Source: Marinobacter alexandrii (GTDB taxonomy: Bacteria > Bacteroidota > Bacteroidia > Cytophagales > Cyclobacteriaceae). Taken from it: DNA of 64,000 nucleotides. Where the stretch lies: assembly GCA_039984955.1 (NCBI GenBank), contig JBDWTN010000008.1, forward strand, positions 23,506 to 87,505, in the 5' to 3' direction. The notes beneath the pieces were generated by a model that saw nothing but the letters and a program-made list of their open reading frames with translations, had not been told where the DNA came from and searched no databases. Of this stretch, positions 28,073 through 36,206 are shown one piece after another (position 1 is the stretch's first letter; each line of letters starts with the position of its first letter). The position numbers were made by a program, and so were the translations under genes.

Positions 28073-29011
28073 ATGAGTGAATATCATAACCCGGTTATGC
28101 TCAAAGAGTGCATGGAAGGGCTGGATATAAAACCGGATGGAGTATATGTGGATGTGACCTTTGGAGGTGGCGGTCATAGCAAAGCAATACTCGAGCAATT
28201 AACAACCGGACACCTCATTGCTTTTGATCAGGATGCAGATGCTGAGAAAAATGCACAACAGCTTGTCGGACCGGATACTCCCGGAATGTCGGGCAAACGT
28301 TCTTTTACATTTATTGAGTCAAATTTCAGGTTCCTGAAAAAGTATCTCAAACTACATGGCATCACGGAAGTGGATGGCATACTGGCCGATTTGGGAGTTA
28401 GCTCCCATCAGTTCGATGAGCCGGCGCGAGGATTCACCATTAGGGCAGAAGGTGTGTTGGATATGCGTATGGATCAGGCTGCTGATAGAAGCGCTAGAGA
28501 AGTAGTAAATGAGTACGATGAAAAGGATCTGATACATATTTTGAGTGCATATGGTGAAATCAGAAATGCACGAACTCTTGCAAGAGAGATTGTGAATTTC
28601 AGAATGAATCAACCAATCGAGACCAATGAGCAGCTGAAAGCAATAGCTATGAAGAATGCTCCTAAAGGTCGAGATCTTAAATACCTCGCGCAGGTCTTTC
28701 AGGCCATTCGAATAGAGGTAAATGAAGAAATAGAAGCACTCAAGGAATTTTTAATACAGGCTGGCGAAGTGCTGAAGGCAGAAGGCAGACTGGTGGTGAT
28801 GAGTTATCACTCACTGGAAGACAGACCGGTTAAAAATTTCATCAATAAAGGAAATATCAAAGGGGTAGATGAAAAAGACTTTTATGGGAATCCAATCAGG
28901 GTATTAGACCCGGTGAACCGTAAACCCATCGTCCCTGAAGCGGCAGAAATAAAAGAAAACAGCAGAGCGAGAAGCGCTAAGCTGCGTATTGGCAGAAAAA
29001 GAAGCAAGTAA
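28073..29011 (+). CDS. rsmH: 16S rRNA (cytosine1402-N4)-methyltransferase RsmH
   Basis: The conserved N-terminus is MSEYHNPVMLKEC, followed by the SAM motif DVTFGGGGHS. ATG 28073 is preferred over the GTG at 28028, whose extension is just the translated G-rich repeat. Confidence 0.93.
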   Translation: MSEYHNPVMLKECMEGLDIKPDGVYVDVTFGGGGHSKAILEQLTTGHLIAFDQDADAEKNAQQLVGPDTPGMSGKRSFTFIESNFRFLKKYLKLHGITEVDGILADLGVSSHQFDEPARGFTIRAEGVLDMRMDQAADRSAREVVNEYDEKDLIHILSAYGEIRNARTLAREIVNFRMNQPIETNEQLKAIAMKNAPKGRDLKYLAQVFQAIRIEVNEEIEALKEFLIQAGEVLKAEGRLVVMSYHSLEDRPVKNFINKGNIKGVDEKDFYGNPIRVLDPVNRKPIVPEAAEIKENSRARSAKLRIGRKRSK

Positions 29012-29067
29012 TAAGCCTTAAGCCACAAGCTTGACTTGGAACTTGCAGCTTGAAACTTGTAACTAAG

Positions 29068-29430
29068 ATGAAGAACACCTACAAATTACCCCAACGAGAA
29101 GAGCGAGGAGACTTATTTCGTCTCATCAATCGCTTTCTACGCATGGATAGCTCCATAAGCGAGGTGATACACGTGCGTTTTCTTCCCCAAATTCTATTTC
29201 TGGCATTCTTATGTCTGCTGTATATCGGAAACCGACACTACGCGGAAAAGAAGGTTCGGGATATCAATAATCTGGAAACAGAAGTTGAAGACCTGAGAGC
29301 AGATTACACGACTCTGAAGGCTGATTTCATGTATGAAAGCAAGCAATCAGAGGTAGCAAAACGAGCCGCAACGCTCGGTTTAAAAGAGAGTAAGGAGTCA
29401 CCAATACTGATTCGAAGCTTTGAAGAATAA
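29068..29430 (+). CDS. ftsL: FtsL-like cell division protein
   Basis: Small bitopic protein with one TM (ILFLAFLCLLYIG) followed by a coiled coil (LETEVEDLRADYTTLKADF). It sits in the conserved position between rsmH and ftsI. Confidence 0.7.
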   Translation: MKNTYKLPQREERGDLFRLINRFLRMDSSISEVIHVRFLPQILFLAFLCLLYIGNRHYAEKKVRDINNLETEVEDLRADYTTLKADFMYESKQSEVAKRAATLGLKESKESPILIRSFEE

Positions 29431-29448
29431 AAAAATTAGAAGAACCCA

Positions 29449-29477
29449 ATTCCCCCTTTGGAGGGGGTAGGGGGAGG
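29449..29477 (+). repeat. dcw C5/G5 hairpin + G-tract repeat, short form (ftsL|ftsI gap)
   Basis: ATTCCCCCTTTGGAGGGGGTAGGGGGAGG. The 6-bp stem is CCCCCT/AGGGGG with tetraloop TTGG, followed by a second G5 tract and GGAGG. Confidence 0.7.
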
Positions 29478-29489
29478 TTAATTGAATTA

Positions 29490-31589
29490 ATGAGCATAAA
29501 AAAAGACATAGTACTAAGAGTTCGTATCGCATTCATCCTCACCTTCTTGGTGGCAGGATTAGTTGTGTTTCGTATCGCCAAAATTCAATATGTAGAAGGT
29601 GATAAGTGGAGAAGCCTGGGGGAGACGCTTGGTATTCAAGCAATGAATGTCAAAGCGACTCGTGGTAACATCTATGCGGATGATGGAAGCTTATTAGCTA
29701 CTTCACTTCCTTTTTACCGATTGGCGATTGATCCTTATTTACCAACGAATGGACTCTACAAAAACAACATTGACTCGCTTAGCTATTTATTAGCCAGGTA
29801 TTACAAAGGCTTAACACCGACACAATACAAGCGAAAAATTGACAATGCTCGGAAGAATGGCCGTCGATACCTAACACTCAATAGACAGGAAGTAGGCTAT
29901 CAGGATAAGAAGCTCATGGAAAACTGGCCACTCTTCAGAGAAGGTCGATTAAAAGGAGGAGTACTTTTTGAAAAAGTAGAGAAGCGCTTTCTGCCTTTTT
30001 CTCATTTAGGTATCCGAACGATCGGAAGCGTAAATGCAAACGATCGAGGAGTGGTGGGATTGGAGTATAGCTTCAATACACAGCTTGCTGGTATCAATGG
30101 CAAAGGGCTTTACCAGAAAATGGCTGGGGGTGGCTGGAAGCCAATATATGATGGCACGGAAAGACGTCCGGTAGATGGGTTCGATATTCAAACAACCATC
30201 AACGTAGACCTTCAGGATGTAACAGAATCAGCATTACTTGACGAATTGCAAAAACATGATGCGGATTATGGTGTAGCAATCGTAATGGAAGTAAGCACAG
30301 GAGAAATCAAAGCTATTTCAAACCTAAGTAGAAATACAGAGGGTGACTATTACGAAAGATATAACTATGCCGTAGGTAGTCAGGGTTCTCGTGAGCCAGG
30401 CTCAACATTTAAGCTTGCGAGTATGATAGCGCTATTGGAAGAAACAGACATTAAGCTATCGGATTCTATTGATACAGGTAATGGGAAACTAGAATTTTTT
30501 GATAAAACCATGCGCGACCATAAGCCGGGTGGCTTTGGAAAACTGACCATTCAAGAAGTATTTGAAAAGTCTTCGAATATTGGTGTGGCCAAGTTGGTGT
30601 CTCGCCATTTTGATAACGAACCAGATAAATTCATCAACTATCTTAAACGTATGAAACTCCATCAACCACTTGATTTTCAAATGGTTGGAGAGGGTAAGCC
30701 TTACATTAAAGACTCTTCAGATAGCACATGGAGCGGGGTAAGCCTACCATGGATGTCCCATGGTTATGAGTTGAAAATGACGCCTCTTCAGATGCTCGCT
30801 TTGTACAATGCTGTTGCCAATAATGGAAAAATGGTAAAGCCAATGATTGTGAAAGGGGTGATGAAGGCCGATCGTACGGTAGAGGAATTCGAAACAGAAG
30901 TGATCAATGATCGAATTGCTTCAAAAGAGACATTGAGAAAATTGAAGCTGATGATGGAAGGTGTAGTTGAACGTGGAACTGCGAAAAACATCAACTACAG
31001 TCACTATAAAATTGCTGGTAAAACCGGAACAGCTAAAAAGGTAAAGAATGGTAGATATGTGAAAGAATACTATACCTCATTTGCTGGATATTTCCCTGCT
31101 GAAGCTCCACGATATAGTTGCATCGTAGTAATTGATAACCCGAAAGGCTTTCAAATTTATGGTAGTGATGTGTCAGCTCCAGTATTTAAGGAAATCGCTG
31201 ACAAAATCTATTCACTCGAATTAGATATGCATGAAATTGGTACACAGGAACGGACTTTTGTAACAGGAGTTTTTCCATACATCAAGGCTGGAAAGCGTGA
31301 TGAATTGACGATGATCTGCAATGAGCTCGGTATCTCCAACCATGCAAAAACAGAGTCGGAGTGGGTAAAAACAAGAGTGATTAATGATGCTGTGTATTGG
31401 AAAGAAAATTCAGTCAAGTATGAAGTAGTACCAGATGTTAGAGGAATGACACTCCGTGATGCCATCTATGTGCTAGAAAATCTGGGACTTGATGTAGAAG
31501 TGGATGGAAGAGGAAGGGTATCGACTCAGTCAATGACCCCCGGCGGAAAGATTGCAAAAGGTTCAACCATTAAACTTCAAATGAGCTAA
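29490..31589 (+). CDS. ftsI: penicillin-binding protein (FtsI/PBP3-type transpeptidase) with C-terminal PASTA domain
   Basis: N-terminal TM anchor, dimerisation domain, and transpeptidase motifs STFK, SSN and KTGT. The C-terminal PASTA-like segment is VPDVRGMTLRDAIYVLENLGLDVEVDGRGRV. Confidence 0.9.
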   Translation: MSIKKDIVLRVRIAFILTFLVAGLVVFRIAKIQYVEGDKWRSLGETLGIQAMNVKATRGNIYADDGSLLATSLPFYRLAIDPYLPTNGLYKNNIDSLSYLLARYYKGLTPTQYKRKIDNARKNGRRYLTLNRQEVGYQDKKLMENWPLFREGRLKGGVLFEKVEKRFLPFSHLGIRTIGSVNANDRGVVGLEYSFNTQLAGINGKGLYQKMAGGGWKPIYDGTERRPVDGFDIQTTINVDLQDVTESALLDELQKHDADYGVAIVMEVSTGEIKAISNLSRNTEGDYYERYNYAVGSQGSREPGSTFKLASMIALLEETDIKLSDSIDTGNGKLEFFDKTMRDHKPGGFGKLTIQEVFEKSSNIGVAKLVSRHFDNEPDKFINYLKRMKLHQPLDFQMVGEGKPYIKDSSDSTWSGVSLPWMSHGYELKMTPLQMLALYNAVANNGKMVKPMIVKGVMKADRTVEEFETEVINDRIASKETLRKLKLMMEGVVERGTAKNINYSHYKIAGKTGTAKKVKNGRYVKEYYTSFAGYFPAEAPRYSCIVVIDNPKGFQIYGSDVSAPVFKEIADKIYSLELDMHEIGTQERTFVTGVFPYIKAGKRDELTMICNELGISNHAKTESEWVKTRVINDAVYWKENSVKYEVVPDVRGMTLRDAIYVLENLGLDVEVDGRGRVSTQSMTPGGKIAKGSTIKLQMS

Positions 31590-33040
31590 TGCAAACACTA
31601 AAAGACATATTGTTTGGGGTGTCACTCAAGTCTCTTATAGGAAATAGAGAAGAGGGAGTTTCTGGCGTGGCTTTCGATTCTCGAAAAGTAGAACAAGGAT
31701 TCCTGTTTGTCGCAGTAAAAGGATTGACTGTTGATGGACACGATTACATTGAGATAGCTGTAGAAAGTGGTGCGAAGGTTATTGTTTGCGAGTCAACCCC
31801 GAAGAAAAGAAACGAATCGATCACGTATGTAGAGGTGGATAATTCTTCGAAAGCACTGGGTATCATCGCCTCTAACTTCTACGATAGACCATCTGAAAAA
31901 ATTAAGCTTGTAGGTATTACAGGAACGAATGGTAAGACCACTTGTGCAACACTCCTTTTCGAGCTTTTCCAAAACCTGGGCTATACTGTGGGCTTGCTTT
32001 CTACTGTGGAAAACAAGATTAATCACGAGATCTTAAATACCAGCTTTACGACACCAGATGCAGTGCAACTCAATTCGCTCTTATCCAATATGGTTGAGAG
32101 TGGTTGTACCCATTGCTTCATGGAAGTAAGCTCACATGCCCTTGTTCAGCATAGAGTAGCTGGAATACATTTTACGGGAGGAGTATTTACCAACATCTCT
32201 CATGATCACCTGGACTATCACAAAACCTTCGATGAGTATATAGCTGCGAAGAAGCTTTTGTTTGATGGACTCTCGTCAGAATCATTTGCCTTGGTCAATA
32301 CAGATGATAAACGTGGAAGTGTGATGCTACAGAATACCAAAGCTGATAAGTTCCGCTTCGGAATCAGATCAATGGCTGATTTCAAAGTTCGCATCATTCA
32401 TAATACACTTCAAGGCCTGGAGCTAAACTTTGATGGTACCGATGTTTGGTTCAGGTTAATAGGGGAATTCAACGCCTACAATTTACTGACTGTATACTCA
32501 ATCGCAATCTTGTTAGACGAAGAAAAGGAAGACGTTTTAAGCGGACTTTCTACGACTTCAGGTGCAAGTGGGCGATTTGAGAAAATAGATAACAAGTCAA
32601 ATGTGATGGCGATTGTGGATTATGCGCATACGCCAGATGCTTTGGAAAATGTGTTGAAGACCATAGATGATTTGCGTACCAAAAATGAAACACTGGTGAC
32701 CGTCATTGGGTGTGGCGGAGATAGAGATAAGACCAAGCGTCCTAAAATGGCCGAAATAGCAGCACTCCTAAGTGATAAAATCATCTTGACTTCTGATAAT
32801 CCTCGTAGCGAAGATCCAAAACAGATTCTGGAGGATATGAAAATGGGAATTCCGAAATCTAAAGAACGAAATGTGATGGTGATTGAAGATAGAAAGGAAG
32901 CTATCAGAACAGCCTGTAATCTGGTCAAAGACAAGGATATCATTCTTGTTGCGGGTAAAGGGCATGAGACTTATCAAGAAATAAATGGAGAACGTCATCA
33001 TTTTGATGATCGGGAGGTATTAGGAGAATTATTGAACTGA
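31589..33040 (+). CDS. murE: UDP-N-acetylmuramoyl-L-alanyl-D-glutamate--2,6-diaminopimelate ligase
   Basis: Mur ligase P-loop GITGTNGKTT and DNPR motif (TSDNPRSEDP). The ATG overlaps the ftsI stop (TAATG). Confidence 0.93.
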   Translation: MQTLKDILFGVSLKSLIGNREEGVSGVAFDSRKVEQGFLFVAVKGLTVDGHDYIEIAVESGAKVIVCESTPKKRNESITYVEVDNSSKALGIIASNFYDRPSEKIKLVGITGTNGKTTCATLLFELFQNLGYTVGLLSTVENKINHEILNTSFTTPDAVQLNSLLSNMVESGCTHCFMEVSSHALVQHRVAGIHFTGGVFTNISHDHLDYHKTFDEYIAAKKLLFDGLSSESFALVNTDDKRGSVMLQNTKADKFRFGIRSMADFKVRIIHNTLQGLELNFDGTDVWFRLIGEFNAYNLLTVYSIAILLDEEKEDVLSGLSTTSGASGRFEKIDNKSNVMAIVDYAHTPDALENVLKTIDDLRTKNETLVTVIGCGGDRDKTKRPKMAEIAALLSDKIILTSDNPRSEDPKQILEDMKMGIPKSKERNVMVIEDRKEAIRTACNLVKDKDIILVAGKGHETYQEINGERHHFDDREVLGELLN

Positions 33041-33156
33041 TGAAAGAATTTAAAGATATCGTTATGAAAAATTCCCCCTTTGAAGGGGGGCGGGAGGATA
33101 TGTGGGTGAGCTGGGGGATGTATTCTAGAAACTCAAAACTTATGACTAGAATCTAA
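33040..33156 (+). CDS. 38-codon bridging micro-ORF spanning the murE|mraY gap (speculative)
   Basis: The ATG overlaps the murE TGA (TGATG) and the stop lies 5 nt before the mraY ATG. The peptide is [38 protein letters not shown] and reads through the G-rich repeat. Confidence 0.2.
   Translation: MKEFKDIVMKNSPFEGGREDMWVSWGMYSRNSKLMTRI
33071..33122 (+). repeat. dcw C5/G5 hairpin + G-tract repeat, long form (murE|mraY gap)
   Basis: ATTCCCCCTTTGAAGGGGGGCGGGAGGATATGTGGGTGAGCTGGGGGATGTA. It has the same head, G-tract series and GGGGGATGTA tail as 28009-28060. Confidence 0.7.
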
Positions 33157-33161
33157 AAATT

Positions 33162-34337
33162 ATGCTGAATTACTTGTTTGAATATCTGAATCAAATAGAC
33201 TTCCCGGGAGCGGGACTGTTTCAGTATATCTCATTTCGAGCAGGAATGGCGGCATTACTATCGCTATTAATCACGATCACCTTTGGTAAGAAATTGATCA
33301 ATATGCTCCATAGATATCAGCTAGGCGAATCCATTCGTGACTTGGGTCTGGATGGACAAATGGAGAAAAAGGGAACGCCAACCATGGGCGGAATTATCAT
33401 CATTTCTGGAATTGTCATTCCAACCTTACTGCTTGCAGATCTCAGTAATATCTATATTTTATTGTTGATTATCTCAGCACTTTGGATGGGAGTAATCGGT
33501 TTCTTGGATGACTATTTGAAAGTAAAAAAGAAGAACAAAGAAGGGCTAAGAGGAAAATTCAAAGTAATAGGACAGATCGGACTTGGATTGTTAGTAGGCC
33601 TGGTGATGGTATTTCATGATGATATCGTCGTGAGAGACTTCTCAGGAGAGGCTTTCAAAGATGAAAATTCACTGCTTACCACCATACCATTTGTAGCCAA
33701 CAATGAATTTCAATATGATTGGCTGCTACCTGACTTTCTAGCTGATTACGCATGGGTTTTATACATATTTGTAGTGATCTTCATTGTTACTGCTGTATCG
33801 AATGGTGCAAACATTACTGATGGTTTAGATGGGTTAGCAGCAGGAACATGTGCAATTATAGGTCTCACGCTAGCAGTTTTAGCATACTTATCTGGTAACG
33901 CCATCTTTGCTGACTATCTCAACATCATGTTCATTCCAAACTCGGCGGAAATGGTGATCTTTTGTACCGCATTTGTGGGCGCTTGCATCGGCTTTCTTTG
34001 GTATAATGCCTACCCTGCACAGGTATTTATGGGAGATACGGGCAGTCTGTCACTGGGTGGTATCATCGCAGTATTAGCTTTCGTCATTCGAAAAGAATTT
34101 TTGATTCCTGTTTTATGCGGAATCTTCGTTATTGAAAATCTATCAGTCATCATACAGGTGGCATACTTCAAATACACCAAAAAGAAATACGGTGAAGGTA
34201 GAAGAGTATTCTTGATGTCTCCTCTTCATCATCACTATCAAAAGAAAGGAATCCATGAAGCAAAAATTGTGGCTCGCTTCTGGACCGTAGGAATACTCTT
34301 AGCCATTTTCACACTAGCAACCCTAAAAATCAGGTAA
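33162..34337 (+). CDS. mraY: phospho-N-acetylmuramoyl-pentapeptide transferase
   Basis: Polytopic membrane protein with motifs [22 protein letters not shown] and APLHHH-type (SPLHHHYQ). Confidence 0.95.
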   Translation: MLNYLFEYLNQIDFPGAGLFQYISFRAGMAALLSLLITITFGKKLINMLHRYQLGESIRDLGLDGQMEKKGTPTMGGIIIISGIVIPTLLLADLSNIYILLLIISALWMGVIGFLDDYLKVKKKNKEGLRGKFKVIGQIGLGLLVGLVMVFHDDIVVRDFSGEAFKDENSLLTTIPFVANNEFQYDWLLPDFLADYAWVLYIFVVIFIVTAVSNGANITDGLDGLAAGTCAIIGLTLAVLAYLSGNAIFADYLNIMFIPNSAEMVIFCTAFVGACIGFLWYNAYPAQVFMGDTGSLSLGGIIAVLAFVIRKEFLIPVLCGIFVIENLSVIIQVAYFKYTKKKYGEGRRVFLMSPLHHHYQKKGIHEAKIVARFWTVGILLAIFTLATLKIR

Positions 34338-34705
34338 TGACAGTAACACAAATTCACGAATTAAACGAAAAATTTCAGAAAAGTGCAGTACAGCTTTCTG
34401 AACTGATTCCTTCTGGAACTCTAGTTCAAGCTACTTCTATGTTGATTAGAAGTGCAAGAAAAATTGACGAACGTTTTCTGAAACTTGTTTCTGCATCATC
34501 AGAAATAAAGTTCAATCAAATCATGAGCCAGTTGGAAGATGAAACAGACGAAGTGCTGTTCATTCTGGATCAACTAGAGATGGCAAATAAGAAGCAGAAG
34601 ATTAGTTTGATCAATGATTTCTTGAAAGATGGGTATGAGTTGGTTTCTATCTACTCTAAATGTTTCGATCATATCATTGACAAAAAAGTTAAAAAAGAAG
34701 ACTAA
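34337..34705 (+). CDS. all-helical hypothetical protein inserted between mraY and murD (possibly four-helix-bundle / 23S-rRNA-IVS-protein-like)
   Basis: 122 aa with TAATG overlaps at both ends. The segment ..MLIRSARKIDERF..SSEIKFNQIMSQLEDETDEVLFILDQL.. loosely resembles the Q-I-R-R-A..S-I..N-I-A-E-G ... E..E-T pattern of four-helix-bundle (TIGR02436-type) proteins. The match is weak and from recall only. Confidence 0.55.
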   Translation: MTVTQIHELNEKFQKSAVQLSELIPSGTLVQATSMLIRSARKIDERFLKLVSASSEIKFNQIMSQLEDETDEVLFILDQLEMANKKQKISLINDFLKDGYELVSIYSKCFDHIIDKKVKKED

Positions 34706-36084
34706 TGAACGAACGCATAGTCATATTAGGCGGAGGTGAGAGCGGTATAGGTGCTGCTATGCTTGCTCAGCAGAAGGGCTATGATGTATTCCTGTCTGAC
34801 GGAGGGGGTATTGCACCTGACCGAAGAAGGTCACTGAAAAGTCAGGATATACAATTTGAAGAAAACGGACATTCGGAAGAGCTGATTACAAATGCGTCGC
34901 TAGTGGTCAAAAGCCCAGGCATCCCTGATTCGGTTCCTTTGATTCAAACTCTCTTACATAAGGAAATCCTTGTCATTTCCGAAGTGGAGTTTGCCTATAG
35001 GTTTATAGACAAAGCAAAAGTGGTCGCTATTACAGGGACCAATGGAAAAACAACCACATCATTACTGACCTATCATCTGTTAAAAACAGCTGGATATAAA
35101 GTTGCCTTAGGAGGTAATATCGGAAAGAGCCTAGCCGGATTGGTAGCCGAAGGTGGATATCATTACTATGTAGTAGAAGTAAGTAGTTTTCAACTAGATG
35201 GAATTACTAATTTCCGACCAGATGTTGCCGTGTTGCTAAACATTACCCCTGATCATCTTGATCGATATGAGTATAATTTCAATCGATATGTGACATCTAA
35301 GTTTCGCATTATTGAAAACCTGACCAACGAACAAGCATTTATCTACTGTGCAGATTCAGAACCTGTTACTGAAGAGATTAACAAGAGGAAAGTGGAGGCA
35401 AGCATGTTTGCTATGACTGCTTCTAACAATAATAAGTTGAATGCTTACTTAAAAGACGAACACCTAATCTTCAATTACCAGTTCAAAGAAGATTTTAAAA
35501 AATACCAAATTCCACTTTCCGAAATTTCTCTTATAGGGAAGCACAACATGGTGAATAGCATGGCAGCTGTTTTGAGTGCGCTCTGCATGGAAGTTCCGAT
35601 TGAGAAAGTGCTGAAAGGGTTGAAGAATTTCAAAAACGCGCCACATAGATTGGAGTTTGTGAAAGAAATTAATGGAGTGGCATACATTAACGATTCCAAG
35701 GCTACTAATGTGGATTCAGTGTATTACGCCTTAGATGGTGTTAAAGGAAATATCATTTGGATTGCCGGTGGTATAGATAAAGGAAATGATTACGGACAGA
35801 TAGAAAAACTTGTCAAAAAGAAGGTCAAAGCGCTGATCTGTATGGGTAAAGACAACCATGCATTAACTGAATATTTTGATTCTAAACTGGATAAGATTAT
35901 TGAAGTTGATAGTGCAAAAAAAGCAATTCAACAAGCGTATCAATTAGCAGAAGAAGGAGACGTGGTGTTGCTATCACCAGCATGTGCCAGCTTCGATTTA
36001 TTCTCAAACTACGAAGACAGAGGAGACAAATTCAAACGTGAAGTAACCAAGTTGAGTAAGAAACTAAAAGCGAAAGAAGTGTAA
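34705..36084 (+). CDS. murD: UDP-N-acetylmuramoylalanine--D-glutamate ligase
   Basis: N-terminal Rossmann ILGGGESGIGAA and Mur ligase P-loop ITGTNGKTTT, in the conserved dcw position. Confidence 0.95.
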   Translation: MNERIVILGGGESGIGAAMLAQQKGYDVFLSDGGGIAPDRRRSLKSQDIQFEENGHSEELITNASLVVKSPGIPDSVPLIQTLLHKEILVISEVEFAYRFIDKAKVVAITGTNGKTTTSLLTYHLLKTAGYKVALGGNIGKSLAGLVAEGGYHYYVVEVSSFQLDGITNFRPDVAVLLNITPDHLDRYEYNFNRYVTSKFRIIENLTNEQAFIYCADSEPVTEEINKRKVEASMFAMTASNNNKLNAYLKDEHLIFNYQFKEDFKKYQIPLSEISLIGKHNMVNSMAAVLSALCMEVPIEKVLKGLKNFKNAPHRLEFVKEINGVAYINDSKATNVDSVYYALDGVKGNIIWIAGGIDKGNDYGQIEKLVKKKVKALICMGKDNHALTEYFDSKLDKIIEVDSAKKAIQQAYQLAEEGDVVLLSPACASFDLFSNYEDRGDKFKREVTKLSKKLKAKEV

Positions 36085-36206
36085 TGAGAATGAATACCGC
36101 CCCATCCGAAATAAAACGATTTCCCCCTTTGGAGGGGGCTAGGGGGAGGATTGTATCTCAAGAAGATTGCAAGAGGATGTTGAATCTAAAACAACTCGTA
36201 TCATGA
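36084..36206 (+). CDS. 40-codon bridging micro-ORF spanning the murD|ftsW gap (speculative)
   Basis: The ATG overlaps the murD TAA (TAATG) and the TGA overlaps the ftsW ATG at 36203 (ATGA). The peptide is MRMNTAPSEIKRFPPLEGARGRIVSQEDCKRMLNLKQLVS and reads through the repeat at 36119-36149. Confidence 0.25.
   Translation: MRMNTAPSEIKRFPPLEGARGRIVSQEDCKRMLNLKQLVS
36119..36149 (+). repeat. dcw C5/G5 hairpin + G-tract repeat, short form (murD|ftsW gap)
   Basis: ATTTCCCCCTTTGGAGGGGGCTAGGGGGAGG, nearly identical to 29449-29477. Confidence 0.7.

Noticed and set aside
29468-29477. AGGGGGAGG as a functional Shine-Dalgarno sequence for ftsI (and 36141-36149 for ftsW).
   Set aside because: The spacing to the start codons is long (12 nt, and more than 50 nt for ATG 36203). 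SD use is atypical for this phylum. It is more parsimonious to treat it as part of the repeat element and keep it only as a hypothesis in the repeat finding.
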